A DNA stretch of 64,000 nt from Planctomycetes bacterium GWF2_41_51 (lineage in GTDB: Bacteria > Planctomycetota > Phycisphaerae > Sedimentisphaerales > UBA12454): positions 972-64,971 of the forward strand of contig MHXZ01000018.1 in the NCBI GenBank assembly GCA_001825665.1. The letters are read 5' to 3'. This document shows, piece by piece, positions 25,393 to 38,352 of the stretch (positions within the stretch are counted from its first letter, which is position 1; each line of letters starts with the position of its first letter). Made by a program: the position numbers and the translations under genes. Under the pieces are notes generated by a model, which saw nothing but the letters and a program-made list of their open reading frames with translations, ran no database searches and had not been told where the DNA came from.

Positions 25393-26493
25393 ATGCAAGT
25401 GCCATTACTGGATTTGAAGGCGCAATACGCGAAAATTAAAAACGATGTTTTAAAAGCTGTCAGCGAAGTTCTTGACAGCCAGGTTTGCATTGGCGGTCCG
25501 AAAGTTGCGGAGCTTGAGAAACAAGTCGCCCAATTAAGCGGCTGTAAATATGGAATCGGAATGTCAAGCGGTACAGATGCGCTGCTTGCGAGCCTTATGA
25601 CTCTCGGAATCGGCAGCGGCGATGAGGTGATTACGACACCATTTACTTTTTTTGCCACTGCCGGAAGTATCGCAAGGGTCGGCGCAAAACCGGTGTTTGT
25701 TGATATTGACCCAAAGACCTACAACATAAATCCGGCATTGATTGAAAAAGCTGTAACCAAAAAAACTAAAGCAATTATGCCGGTTCATCTTTACGGCCAA
25801 ATGGCTGATATGGATGCAATTATGGCAATTGCGAATAAGCACAATCTTGCTGTCATTGAGGATGCCGCGCAGGCAATCGGGAGTGTTTATAAAGGCAAAC
25901 GAGCAGGCAGCATCGGCACGTTTGGCTGTTTCAGTTTTTTCCCCAGCAAAAATTTAGGCGGTATCGGCGACGGCGGAATGGTTGTCTGTAATGATGAAAA
26001 GCTGGCAGCAAAAATAAGATTAATGAGAGACCATGGGCAAAATCCAACTTATTATTATCATTTTGTCGGTGGAAATTTCAGACTTGATCCAATTCAGGCC
26101 GCGGCACTTTTGGTAAAACTTCCATATTTAAACGAATGGTCACAAGCAAGACGACAGAATGCTGAATTTTATAATGCTAAATTTGCAGGGACTTTAATTA
26201 AAACGCCTTATGTACATTCTGACTGTATTACTATTTATAATCAATATGTAATCAGAGTCTCTAACCGGGATGAAATGGCCGCTAATCTGAGGAAGAATAA
26301 TATCGGTTGTGCGATATATTATCCTGTACCGCTGCATTTGCAGGAATGTTTTGCATACCTTGGATACAAAGAAGGCGATATGCCGGAATCTGAAAAAGCG
26401 GCAAAAGAAGTATTGGCACTGCCAATTTACCCTGAATTAACGGATGAGATGAAAAACAGCGTGGTTCAAGCCGTTATTGAAAATTTAAAGTAA
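25393..26493 (+). CDS. DegT/DnrJ/EryC1-family sugar aminotransferase
   Basis: Characteristic N-terminus VPLLDLKAQY and the PLP-Lys region FSFFPSKNLG. Confidence 0.85.
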   Translation: MQVPLLDLKAQYAKIKNDVLKAVSEVLDSQVCIGGPKVAELEKQVAQLSGCKYGIGMSSGTDALLASLMTLGIGSGDEVITTPFTFFATAGSIARVGAKPVFVDIDPKTYNINPALIEKAVTKKTKAIMPVHLYGQMADMDAIMAIANKHNLAVIEDAAQAIGSVYKGKRAGSIGTFGCFSFFPSKNLGGIGDGGMVVCNDEKLAAKIRLMRDHGQNPTYYYHFVGGNFRLDPIQAAALLVKLPYLNEWSQARRQNAEFYNAKFAGTLIKTPYVHSDCITIYNQYVIRVSNRDEMAANLRKNNIGCAIYYPVPLHLQECFAYLGYKEGDMPESEKAAKEVLALPIYPELTDEMKNSVVQAVIENLK

Positions 26494-26501
26494 ACGGAGC
26501 A

Positions 26502-27803
26502 ATGGTGAAAATAACAGTTGTTGGTGTTGGTTATGTCGGACTTGTAGCTGCCGGTTGTCTTGCGGAAAGCGGAAATCATATCACCTGCGTTGACAACGAT
26601 GAGAAGAAAATAAATAATCTCAAAAAAGGAATCATTCCGATTTATGAGCCAGGGCTTACAGAGATTGTTAAAGCCAATGAAAAGGCCGGCAGACTTGTTT
26701 TTACAACAAATCTTAAAGAGGGTGTTGATAATTCTAAAATTATAATACTTGGCGTGGGCACTCCCAGTGCAGAAGACGGCTCAGCGGATATTTCAGCAGT
26801 GATAAACGTATGCGGGAAAATCGCTGAGTATATGAAAGAATACAAAATAATAATTACAAAAAGTACCGTTCCGATTGGTACTCATAAAAAAGTTACAGAG
26901 CTTATCAGAAGCAAAACAAATGTGCCATTCGATTATGTCAGCAACCCGGAATTCTTGAAGGAAGGTTCTGCTGTTGAGGATTTCGCCAAACCTGACAGAG
27001 TAATTATCGGCACTAACAATCCTGATGTTCAGGAATTAATGAGACAATTGTATTCTCCCTTTATGCGTAAAGGATGCAGAATTATATTCATGGATCCGGC
27101 AAGTGCCGAAACGGCTAAATATGCGGCCAATGTAATGCTTGCAACCCGAATTTCATTTATGAATGAGCTTTCAGGCTTATGCGAAGTTTGCGGTGCGGAT
27201 ATTGAAAAAGTACGTGCGGGAATAGGCTCTGACCCTCGTATCGGGAATTCATTTTTATTTGCCGGTGCAGGTTATGGCGGAAGCTGTTTTCCCAAAGATG
27301 TCAAAGCAATGATTTATATGGGCAAGCACAATAATTACCCGATGACAATCGCAGAAGCTGTCCAGCAGGCAAATTATAATCAGCACGATAGATTTGCAAA
27401 TAAGGTGTTAAATTATTTCAAAGGAAAAGAAAGCCAAACGAAACTTGCGATTTGGGGGCTTGCGTTCAAAGCTAAAACTGATGATGTAAGAGAATCGCCT
27501 GCTATTTGGTGCATTAATAAATTCATTCAGGCAGGTATGACTGTCCGAGCGTATGATCCTGAAGCCATGGAGACTGCTAAAGCGGTTTTAAAGCAAAAAG
27601 TTGAAATGGCAGAAAATGAATATCAAACAATCAACGGCGCTGATGCGCTTGTTGTATTTACAGAATGGCAACAGTTCAGAACTCCTGATTTTGATTTGAT
27701 TAAAGAAAAACTTAAAAAGCCTGTCATTTTTGACGGCAGAAATCTCTACGAACCAGCTTATATGAAAAAGCTGGGCTTTGAATATCATTGCATCGGACGG
27801 TAA
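26502..27803 (+). CDS. ugd: UDP-glucose 6-dehydrogenase
   Basis: VGVGYVGLV, GGSCFPKD and IFDGRN motifs. Confidence 0.9.
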   Translation: MVKITVVGVGYVGLVAAGCLAESGNHITCVDNDEKKINNLKKGIIPIYEPGLTEIVKANEKAGRLVFTTNLKEGVDNSKIIILGVGTPSAEDGSADISAVINVCGKIAEYMKEYKIIITKSTVPIGTHKKVTELIRSKTNVPFDYVSNPEFLKEGSAVEDFAKPDRVIIGTNNPDVQELMRQLYSPFMRKGCRIIFMDPASAETAKYAANVMLATRISFMNELSGLCEVCGADIEKVRAGIGSDPRIGNSFLFAGAGYGGSCFPKDVKAMIYMGKHNNYPMTIAEAVQQANYNQHDRFANKVLNYFKGKESQTKLAIWGLAFKAKTDDVRESPAIWCINKFIQAGMTVRAYDPEAMETAKAVLKQKVEMAENEYQTINGADALVVFTEWQQFRTPDFDLIKEKLKKPVIFDGRNLYEPAYMKKLGFEYHCIGR

Positions 27804-28765
27804 TGAACAGGAAAGTACTCGTAACAGGAGCAGCAGGATTTATCGGTTCACATCTTTGTGAAAGATTAGTCGCAGAAGGTGATATTTTAACTGGTCTCGA
27901 TAATTTTGATATTTTCTATGACAGGAAAACTAAAGAATCGAATATTAAATCCCTTCTCAAATCAGATAAATTTGAACTTGTCGAAGGCGATATTCGAAAT
28001 GCTGATTGTGTCCGATCAGTATGCAAAAGTGGTATCGATGTCATAGTTCATTTGGCCGCTAAAGCCGGCGTAAGACCGTCAATTGAAGACCCTTGCGGCT
28101 ATGCCGATGTGAATATAAACGGAACATTGGTAATGCTTGAGGCGGCGAAAAAATTTAATATAAAGAAATTTATATTCGCTTCAAGTTCAAGCGTTTATGG
28201 TAATAATAAAAAAGTCCCCTTTTCAGAAACGGACAATGTCGATAATCCTATTTCGCCTTATGCTGCTACTAAAAAAGCAGGTGAGCTTATTTGTTATACC
28301 TATCATAAACTTTATAACTTTGATATTAACTGTTTGCGGTTTTTTACAGTTTACGGCCCCCGGCAACGGCCGGATTTGGCGATTCATAAATTTGCAAAAC
28401 TGATTGATTCGGGTAAACCTATTCCAATGTATGGTGATGGTTCGATGATGCGGGATTTTACATTCATCGATGATATTGTCGATGGCATTATCGCGGCTAT
28501 TGATAGATGCAAAGGCTATGAAATTTTTAATCTTGGTGAATCGCAACCTGTTCGGCTCGTTGATTTAATTAAAGAAATTGAAAAAGCGTTTGGCAAAAAA
28601 GCAGTTGTGGAACGTTTGCCTTTGCAGCCGGGCGATGTAGAAAAGACTTTTGCTGATGTAAGTAAAGCTGGGAGAATGCTCGAATATAATCCTCGCACTG
28701 AAATTACCACAGGATTAAAAATATTTGCTGACTGGTTTAAACAACAGCATCTTCATACTTATTAG
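27803..28765 (+). CDS. NAD-dependent epimerase (UDP-glucuronate 4-epimerase-like)
   Basis: TGAAGFIGSHL..LDNFDIFYD and YAATK. The ATG overlaps the ugd stop (TAATG). Confidence 0.7.
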   Translation: MNRKVLVTGAAGFIGSHLCERLVAEGDILTGLDNFDIFYDRKTKESNIKSLLKSDKFELVEGDIRNADCVRSVCKSGIDVIVHLAAKAGVRPSIEDPCGYADVNINGTLVMLEAAKKFNIKKFIFASSSSVYGNNKKVPFSETDNVDNPISPYAATKKAGELICYTYHKLYNFDINCLRFFTVYGPRQRPDLAIHKFAKLIDSGKPIPMYGDGSMMRDFTFIDDIVDGIIAAIDRCKGYEIFNLGESQPVRLVDLIKEIEKAFGKKAVVERLPLQPGDVEKTFADVSKAGRMLEYNPRTEITTGLKIFADWFKQQHLHTY

Positions 28766-28773
28766 GAAATTAG

Positions 28774-30719
<1,946 letters not shown>

Positions 30720-30727
30720 TATTTTGT

Positions 30728-30784
30728 TTCTCATGTTTAATATGTGACATTTGAAGTTTAATATTCAGCTTCTCATGTTTAATA
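30728..30784. promoter_or_regulatory. 15-bp direct repeat TTCTCATGTTTAATA (x2, 42 bp apart) with a third partial copy
   Basis: Exact copies at 30728-30742 and 30770-30784, with GTTTAATAT at 30756-30764. They lie in the 200-bp gap between fcl and the AT-rich assembly genes. Confidence 0.4.
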
Positions 30785-30929
30785 AATGGTTTCTTAAATA
30801 TCATATAAGGCATTTGATGTTGGTTATGCGGACGTTGAAATTCGAAAATAGCTTTTTTAGTATTGAAACAGCAGTTTTTAGTTATCGGAATAAAAAAACT
30901 ATACTGAGGATGAAAAGTTGTCGGGAGTT

Positions 30930-32399
30930 ATGAAAAAAAATCTCATTATTCTTTTTTTATTTTTTGGTTATTCCTGTTGTAATGCACAATATGATGTTGA
31001 TGATGTGCGTATTCAGGGAGATTCTACCCTGATGGGAATGAAAATTGAAAGCTCTTTTTTTTCTGACGGAGCTTTTTTGATCGAGACGACAGGTGCAAGA
31101 TTTGAATATGTCAAGGGCGAGTTAAAACTTTATCAGGGACTTGATAACAATAACAGAAGATTTCTTTCCACAATAATTTTTGAAAATGAACCTAATTTTA
31201 TTAAAGTTGAATCGCTTGATGATCATATTATTTTCTGGTCAAAGGACCTAAATATAGGTATCTACGGTGATTCAACAGTTATCATTTCACCTAAAAAATC
31301 CCAAGATCTCAAATGCAAAGGCAATTTTAAGCCTGATTACGAAGGCAGATACAAAGGAGAGCTTCTACTTATTGACGATAAAGGTGGTATGGAGATATAT
31401 CCCCAGAGATATGAAGCTGGGTATAAAATTAAAACTATCGAACTTGGTAAAGTAGAATGGGTTGCAGATTACGAATTAAACGCAAAAGAACGTGTTATGA
31501 TAGCTGCATTTCCCGGTAAAAAATTCAATTGGGAAGATAGTTTTAATACCAGAATAGTTGTTACGCATGGAGCGATGGGGTTGGGAGAGGGAAACATATA
31601 TGGTGAAATGCCCCCGAATTCCACAATTGAAAATTGGGCGCAAAACTTTGACGTTTTAGTGCTTTTTTATAAAGGTCTTTATGAGCGACCGGAAAAAGAT
31701 ATTAAAAACTTACGATCACATGGTCCTTATATAATAGAAAACATTCCTGAATTTCGAAGACTGATAACTACGGCTCATAATGTTGATTTAAAAGTAGTTA
31801 CGTATGTGGGTTTTTTTGAATATTATCGTAAGTTTCATAATGCTGAACCATTTCTTGAGCAGATAAAAAAACTAAAACAACAATATGGAATAGATGGAGT
31901 TTATATAGATGGGCTTTCATTCGATCATAATCAAAACCTAGATAGTAATAAAATTTTAAATTGGGAGATTGTGAGACGAATCAGGTCTTTGTTTGGTAGT
32001 GAAGGCGTAATTATTCTGCATGGTACTCACGGAGGCTTGGCAGTTGAAACGGCTCCCAATATTGATGCATATTGCAGTGCGACCTTAAATGGTGAGGGCG
32101 TTCCATTTCAAACTGTCGAGGATGATTATATTAAATACAATGTAAGAAAATACGGTATTTCAAATACAATTGGTTTATGGCGGCCCGATGGAAAACATCC
32201 CCAAACAATAACATACAAAGAGATTATAGATACTATATTAAAAATGAATTGTAGGGAAGCCACGTATGCTCATGTTCCTTTAGATAAAGCGCCAGTAGGT
32301 AAATATAAGTGGGGAAATGGAATAAGTAGTGCATATTCATATTATTTGCGACGGCTTAAACATTTAGAAGATTTATATCATTCTGGAAAAGTTAGATGA
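30930..32399 (+). CDS. Hypothetical exported protein (possibly glycoside-hydrolase-like TIM barrel)
   Basis: Signal peptide MKKNLIILFLFFGYSCCNAQ. The GIDGVYIDGLSFD segment is reminiscent of glycosidase-like barrels, but the family is not recognised. Confidence 0.35.
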   Translation: MKKNLIILFLFFGYSCCNAQYDVDDVRIQGDSTLMGMKIESSFFSDGAFLIETTGARFEYVKGELKLYQGLDNNNRRFLSTIIFENEPNFIKVESLDDHIIFWSKDLNIGIYGDSTVIISPKKSQDLKCKGNFKPDYEGRYKGELLLIDDKGGMEIYPQRYEAGYKIKTIELGKVEWVADYELNAKERVMIAAFPGKKFNWEDSFNTRIVVTHGAMGLGEGNIYGEMPPNSTIENWAQNFDVLVLFYKGLYERPEKDIKNLRSHGPYIIENIPEFRRLITTAHNVDLKVVTYVGFFEYYRKFHNAEPFLEQIKKLKQQYGIDGVYIDGLSFDHNQNLDSNKILNWEIVRRIRSLFGSEGVIILHGTHGGLAVETAPNIDAYCSATLNGEGVPFQTVEDDYIKYNVRKYGISNTIGLWRPDGKHPQTITYKEIIDTILKMNCREATYAHVPLDKAPVGKYKWGNGISSAYSYYLRRLKHLEDLYHSGKVR

Positions 32400-33364
32400 A
32401 CGAAAAGGTATCTTTGATTTGTACAACATATAACTGTAAAGATGAATTAAATGCAGCGTTAAAAGTTTTTACTACTGAGAAAAACCTTGTCTTAGTTGAG
32501 GAAATTTCAATTGTTGATGGAGGATCAAAGGATGGGACATGGGAACTTTTGCAAAAATGGTCAAAAGAAATAGATAAAATTAAAGTTTGTCAAATTGTTG
32601 GTGCTAATATTTCGAAAGGTAGAAATGAAGCTATAAAACGAACTAAATCAAATATAATTGTGACATTTGATAGTGGAACAGAATACGGTGATAATTGGCT
32701 TAAATTTATATTAGAACCCCTTTTATCAAAAAAAACGGAAATAGCTAGCGGTCTTACGGTCTGTTGCGGAGATAGCATCTTTCAAAAATGTCTTGCTGCT
32801 TTAGGTGATAGACATCGTGCCAGTATAAAACCTTCTCACAGAGGAGTTGCTTATTACAGGTATGTATGGGAGGAGATAGGAGGTTATCCTGAGTATGTAC
32901 AAGCCGGCGAGGATACTTGGTTTAACACGCAATGCGAGAAAAAGGGTTATAAGCATGTTAATGTTTCCGAGGCAAAGAATTATTGGAAAGTTCGCAACTC
33001 ATGGAAAAAAGTTTTCAAAATGCAATATCGTAATATTAAGGGGCAGGTAATATTGGCTGAACCTTCAGGAATTGTCATTAATTTTGGAATAACTAGTGTA
33101 TATTTAGTAATAATAATATTATTATTACTTGGGTTTATATTTCCAGTTTTATTTTTGATGGCTGCAATTTTTAGCTTTATGTATTTCTTTAAAAGACTAT
33201 TTGGAAAAAGAAGATGGCGGTTTTTTGTTAATCCTTTGCATTTTATAGTTGGTCTTTATGTCTTAAATGGATGGGATATGGGAAACTGCATAGGAACAAT
33301 AGAAGGTTTGTTTATACTTATTCATACAAAATTTAAGAAAAAAATTTATGGAAACTCTTTCTAA
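32396..33364 (+). CDS. Glycosyltransferase family 2 with C-terminal TM segment
   Basis: SLICTTYNCKDEL...VDGGSKDGT and GED motifs. Confidence 0.7.
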   Translation: MNEKVSLICTTYNCKDELNAALKVFTTEKNLVLVEEISIVDGGSKDGTWELLQKWSKEIDKIKVCQIVGANISKGRNEAIKRTKSNIIVTFDSGTEYGDNWLKFILEPLLSKKTEIASGLTVCCGDSIFQKCLAALGDRHRASIKPSHRGVAYYRYVWEEIGGYPEYVQAGEDTWFNTQCEKKGYKHVNVSEAKNYWKVRNSWKKVFKMQYRNIKGQVILAEPSGIVINFGITSVYLVIIILLLLGFIFPVLFLMAAIFSFMYFFKRLFGKRRWRFFVNPLHFIVGLYVLNGWDMGNCIGTIEGLFILIHTKFKKKIYGNSF

Positions 33365-34886
33365 TCAAAATATCATTCAAAGCGATCAGCAGCAATTTAA
33401 GCCGAATTTGCGAATAAATTGGGTATTTTTATTTTTTTGTATCGCTGTATGTATTGTCTTAACTATAATAATTGATACAAGAAGCACTGCTGGTTCTCTC
33501 TTTATTGCCGCCAGATATTTTGTTTGTATTGTCAGTGTTTTATCCTTATTTATGCCGGTTCGATTTGGCGTACCGATAATTTTCTTAATTCTTGCAATAG
33601 GAGTGGATGCAACCCAATCAGTATATGAAAAATATGCAATGGGGGAAATTATTTCAGCAAGTTTGTGGCAGTTTCGATATGGTCCTTTTAATCCAAGTAT
33701 GTTTGTTGCATTTATTTTAGGTATTCATATCTTAAAAGTTCATTGTTTACAGCTTGATAAAATAGTGAAACGCGCATTGATTTGGTTTGTGACTGTTCCC
33801 ATAATAACAGGTTTTGTTTATGGTGGTATGACGTCTATAGCAAGCAGAGTAGAAATTTTACAAGATGTAAGATTTGCCATCTTATTAATGATGAGTATCA
33901 TATTATTCAGGGGATATCTAAAGAAATTTCCACAAATGATTGGTTTTATGCTGACTCTTTTTGTGGCATACTTTGTTGCAAGACATGCAGTTGATTTATT
34001 TTATTGGTTTACAGGTTTCGGTTCTGTTATGGGTGGAGCTACAAGAGTAAGTGTCGGTTCTACAAAAGGGACAATTAATATACTTTTGTTATTTACAATA
34101 GTATTATTTTTCCGTGAAAAAAGATTTATTCTTGGCTTTGCATTGGGCCTATGTTCAATTATTTTGCTTGTTGTTTATGCCGGCAGACTGCTATGGTTAA
34201 CCAGTGTATTAGGATGTATTCTACTTTTCATAGTTATAGGTGCCAAAAGATTTATAATAGGACTTCCTATAGTTATGATTTGCGGAATAATCGCTTTTAA
34301 AATACTTGGAACTTACGGGTATGAATCACTTGAATACGCATCGCAAAGAGCCGAATCTTTTAAAGGGGGTTCAGTTGGAAATTATCTTCAAAGGCTTGAT
34401 GGATTAAGATATGGCGAGCTTGTAAACGTATTTAATACCAATCTAAAGAGAGGTGCCGTTTTATGGGGGAGCGGTTACAGCAGTTATTATACAGATGATG
34501 CAGCCCCATTTCCTGCAACATTAATCGCAGCATTTGCGGATTACAGTGCTATGAGTGGTCTTTTTTATCAAACTCATGAATATTTTAGCCATATATATTT
34601 AAAACATGGACTTATCGGGCTATTTATAATATCCTCTCTATGGCTTACACCTGCATGGCGATGTTATAAAATGTTTGATAAAAATGCAAAAGGTTTGTTC
34701 TATTCTGTGCTTGCCTGCTTTATTGCGTTTTCTTTCCTTGCGATGATCCAATTTTATTGGACAGGGCAGGGGTTATTTATATGTGGTTTTATGATTGCAT
34801 CCCTGATAACCATATCTGAAATACTGGAAGAAAATCACACCAGCTTTGAGCCAGTCATCAGTCAGAAAGAGTTAATAGAAAGTTAA
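33348..34886 (+). CDS. O-antigen polymerase/ligase-like (Wzy-type) integral membrane protein
   Basis: More than 10 TM helices with a large loop, sitting next to wzx in a glycan locus. Confidence 0.55.
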   Translation: METLSNQNIIQSDQQQFKPNLRINWVFLFFCIAVCIVLTIIIDTRSTAGSLFIAARYFVCIVSVLSLFMPVRFGVPIIFLILAIGVDATQSVYEKYAMGEIISASLWQFRYGPFNPSMFVAFILGIHILKVHCLQLDKIVKRALIWFVTVPIITGFVYGGMTSIASRVEILQDVRFAILLMMSIILFRGYLKKFPQMIGFMLTLFVAYFVARHAVDLFYWFTGFGSVMGGATRVSVGSTKGTINILLLFTIVLFFREKRFILGFALGLCSIILLVVYAGRLLWLTSVLGCILLFIVIGAKRFIIGLPIVMICGIIAFKILGTYGYESLEYASQRAESFKGGSVGNYLQRLDGLRYGELVNVFNTNLKRGAVLWGSGYSSYYTDDAAPFPATLIAAFADYSAMSGLFYQTHEYFSHIYLKHGLIGLFIISSLWLTPAWRCYKMFDKNAKGLFYSVLACFIAFSFLAMIQFYWTGQGLFICGFMIASLITISEILEENHTSFEPVISQKELIES

Positions 34887-34887
34887 T

Positions 34888-36189
34888 ATGGCTCAAACAT
34901 TAATGGGCGTATCTATGTCAAGCAACCGGAAAAGACTCTTAAGCAATTTTATTTCATTAAGTGGGGTAAGAATTGCAGGTTTTATTTTTCCATTGATTAC
35001 TTTGCCCTATCTTGTGCGAGTATTAGGGCCTGAAAAGTTTGGGCTAATTGCGTTCGCACAGGGGCTTATTCAATATTTTGTGATAATTACAGATTATGGT
35101 TTTAATTTATCCGCAACAAGAGAAATCTCGATTAATAGAAATGATATCAAGAAAATATCTGAAATATTCTATTCCGTAATTCTGGTTAAACTTGTTTTGA
35201 CAATCATAAGCTTTGTTATTTTATCATTAATAGTATTTAGTTGGAGTAAATTCAGAATTGATTGGCAAATATATTTCCTAACATTTGGAGTCGTCGTTGG
35301 CCAAGTTATATTCCCTATATGGTTCTTTCAGGGGATGGAAAAGATGAAGTATATTGCTGGTCTTAATATTCTAACAAAATTTGTTTTTACAATAGCTGTT
35401 TTTGTTTTTATTCATAAGGAATCTGATTATCTCTGGATGCCGATTTTATATTCATTTGGATTTATTCTTTCAGGAGTATTGGGATTATGGTTTGCATTAT
35501 ATTCTTTTAAGATTATATTTGTGTTTCCATCCTATAATGAGATTGTACATCAACTTAAGGAAGGATGGCATATTTTTATTTCCACAGTAGCAATGAGTTT
35601 TTATACTACTAGCAACATTGTAATTCTCGGATTTTTCACAAACAATACTATAGTTGGTTATTATAGTGGAGGTGAAAAAATCGTCAGAGCAATACAATAT
35701 GGATTATTGTATCCATTATCTCAGACAATTTATCCGCATATTGGAAAACTTGCCCATGAATCCAAAGAAGCAGCCCTTGTTTTTGTTAGAAAAGTAATCG
35801 GACTCGTGGGAATACCAGTTTTATGTGTGTCTGTGGCGTTATTAGTATTTGCTCCTAGCATAAGTAATATAGTTTTAACAAGAAAGTTTGAAGAAAGTAT
35901 ACCTGTTATGTGTATTCTTGCACCCTCGATATTTGTAATTTTCTTAAATAATCTTTTTGGAATACAGATCATGTTAAATTTTGGATATCAGGCTTCTTTC
36001 CAAAAAATAGTTTTAATAGGAGGGGCAATTAATATTGTGTTAGTTATAATACTTTCGATCATGTTCCAGCATATAGGTGTTGCTATCGCAGGACTCATTA
36101 TGGAAACATATATTACCTGCCACGAGTTAGTTTTCCTTTATCACAAAGGAATAAAATTTAGTTTCAATTTTTCCAAACAGAGCATTTAA
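34888..36189 (+). CDS. wzx: Polysaccharide flippase (Wzx, MOP superfamily)
   Basis: 12 or more TM helices and the typical N-terminus LLSNFISLSGVRIAGFIFPLITLPYLVRVLGPEKFG. Confidence 0.8.
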   Translation: MAQTLMGVSMSSNRKRLLSNFISLSGVRIAGFIFPLITLPYLVRVLGPEKFGLIAFAQGLIQYFVIITDYGFNLSATREISINRNDIKKISEIFYSVILVKLVLTIISFVILSLIVFSWSKFRIDWQIYFLTFGVVVGQVIFPIWFFQGMEKMKYIAGLNILTKFVFTIAVFVFIHKESDYLWMPILYSFGFILSGVLGLWFALYSFKIIFVFPSYNEIVHQLKEGWHIFISTVAMSFYTTSNIVILGFFTNNTIVGYYSGGEKIVRAIQYGLLYPLSQTIYPHIGKLAHESKEAALVFVRKVIGLVGIPVLCVSVALLVFAPSISNIVLTRKFEESIPVMCILAPSIFVIFLNNLFGIQIMLNFGYQASFQKIVLIGGAINIVLVIILSIMFQHIGVAIAGLIMETYITCHELVFLYHKGIKFSFNFSKQSI

Positions 36190-36201
36190 GCCAAGACTAA
36201 G

Positions 36202-38352
36202 ATGCAGTATATAAAAAATATATTAAAAAGGACAAAGTTATTTCCTTTTATAAAGTATTTCCATTGTCTAATGTCTGAAATTAAAAAAAACGATGATATA
36301 GCAATAGTACTCAAACAACATCCTTTCATGTATTCAAACACAAGTTCCAAAAAATCTATCTATTTAAGGAAGGCTATAGCATTTGAAAAGATGTTATCCA
36401 CAATGTATCCGAGTGTTAAGAAGGATGATTTACTAGCAGGAAGGCGAACAATATATAATTTCCCAATTTATTTAACAATAAATGAATATGATTTAGCGAA
36501 CATAGGCAATCTTACTCCGAACTATAATACAGTTCTAACCAAAGGATTTAAAGGAATAAAGCAAGATGCTATCTCGGCAATGAATGACAAAAACCTGAGT
36601 TCTGATAGTAAAGATTTTTTATCTTCTGTGGTAATGGTATGTGAAAGCGTAATAAAGTTTTCGAACAGATATAGTGAAAAGCTCTTGGAGATGTCTGAAA
36701 AATATGGCGATTCTCAGCCTTCTTTAAGGCAACTGGCACAAATATGTAAAAAAATTCCTGCAGAACCAGCTACTAATTTTTATCAAGCACTACAAAGCGT
36801 ATTTTTTACAAATATGTTAATATGGTCCGAGGAACATCATCTTATTGGTTTAGGACGTTTGGATCAATATTTATGGCCTTATTACCAAAATGATATTGCG
36901 AAAGGAATTTGCACAGCAGATGAAATGTATGAGCTATCTAAACATTTTTGGAAAAGACTCAACGAAGATTTTAGAGAGAAGAGCAATGTGCTTGCTGGAG
37001 ATACGGGTCAGGCAGTTATCCTTGGCGGATTAGAGAAATCCAGAGGGGAGGATGCCAGCAATGAATTGACTTATATGTTTTTGAAAATTGCGAAGGAACT
37101 AAAACAAGTAGATCCAAAAATAGTACTAAGAGTACATTCTAAAACGCCTGAAAAATTGTGGAAAGAATCTCTCGCACTCCTCAAGTTAGGTCTAGGCTAT
37201 CCTTTATATGCAAGTGACGATGTTATTATTCCATCATTGAAATCTTTTGGATATGACTCTGAAGATGCAATAGATTATGTGGTTTCAGCGTGTTGGGAAC
37301 CTTTGATTCCAGGCAAGTCTTTTGAATTAAATAATGTTTGTAGAATAAATTTTCTGCATTGTTTAGAATCTTCAGTTAATGATGGCAAGTCTTTATTAGA
37401 TAACAGCCAAATAGGTGTTTCTGGCGGATTTCTTAAAGAATGCAATAGTTTTGAAGATTTAATTAAAAATTTAAAATCGCAAATACACTTTTTTATAAGT
37501 CAATCAGTAGAAAGGGTAAATAATCTAAGATTTGTCCCGTCTCCTTTATTTTCTGCACTAACAGCAAATTGTATTGAAAAAGGCTTAGATATTTCTAAAG
37601 GCGGTGCAAAGTACAATAATTTTGGAATACTAAATTCAGGTTTTGTCAATATGGTTAATTCTTTGATCGCTATAAAGAAACTTGTATATGAAAATAACCA
37701 AATTAGTAAAATTGATTTGCTCAAATGTTTAAAAGATGATTTTGAAAACAATATGCAATTATGTTCATATATGAAAAATCGTATTCCCAAATTTGGTAAT
37801 GATATTGACGAAGTAGATAGCATCGCATCTGAGTTAGCAGATTTCTACGGTCAGGAATGTGCTAAAGAATCAAATTCATTAGGAGGAAGATACAAAGGCG
37901 GTCTTGGAAGTGCCGATGGGTATGTTACAGATGCAAAGAAAACAGCCGCTTCATGTGATGGACGTAAATTGGGGGAAATACTGACTGTTAATTTTTCGCC
38001 GGCAGCGGGAACGGTTCAGAATGGCTTAACTGCTGTAGTAAATTCTATTTCTAAAATCAATTTTAGAAAAGTATTCAATGGTTCTATTTTGGATTTAAAG
38101 CTGTCTCCTTCATTCTTTACCGAAGAGAAATATCTCGACAAACTTGTACTATTTCTCAAAGTAGCTATGCGCAAATGCGAGGAGATTCAGTTCAATGTAG
38201 TTAATTCACAAACGCTGAAAGATGCAAAAAACAATCCTGATCAATATCGAGATCTAATTGTAAGGGTTTGGGGTTTTAGTGCTTATTTTGTTGATTTACC
38301 TGAAGAATATCAGAATCATATAATTGAGAGATCTGAACATGATATCCAGTAA
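36202..38352 (+). CDS. Glycyl radical enzyme (PFL2/eliminase-like family)
   Basis: C-terminal glycyl-radical motif LIVRVWGFSAYFVDL, Cys-loop SACWEPLIPGKS (CxE type), and the conserved AVILGG and NFSPAAGT blocks. Confidence 0.85.
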   Translation: MQYIKNILKRTKLFPFIKYFHCLMSEIKKNDDIAIVLKQHPFMYSNTSSKKSIYLRKAIAFEKMLSTMYPSVKKDDLLAGRRTIYNFPIYLTINEYDLANIGNLTPNYNTVLTKGFKGIKQDAISAMNDKNLSSDSKDFLSSVVMVCESVIKFSNRYSEKLLEMSEKYGDSQPSLRQLAQICKKIPAEPATNFYQALQSVFFTNMLIWSEEHHLIGLGRLDQYLWPYYQNDIAKGICTADEMYELSKHFWKRLNEDFREKSNVLAGDTGQAVILGGLEKSRGEDASNELTYMFLKIAKELKQVDPKIVLRVHSKTPEKLWKESLALLKLGLGYPLYASDDVIIPSLKSFGYDSEDAIDYVVSACWEPLIPGKSFELNNVCRINFLHCLESSVNDGKSLLDNSQIGVSGGFLKECNSFEDLIKNLKSQIHFFISQSVERVNNLRFVPSPLFSALTANCIEKGLDISKGGAKYNNFGILNSGFVNMVNSLIAIKKLVYENNQISKIDLLKCLKDDFENNMQLCSYMKNRIPKFGNDIDEVDSIASELADFYGQECAKESNSLGGRYKGGLGSADGYVTDAKKTAASCDGRKLGEILTVNFSPAAGTVQNGLTAVVNSISKINFRKVFNGSILDLKLSPSFFTEEKYLDKLVLFLKVAMRKCEEIQFNVVNSQTLKDAKNNPDQYRDLIVRVWGFSAYFVDLPEEYQNHIIERSEHDIQ

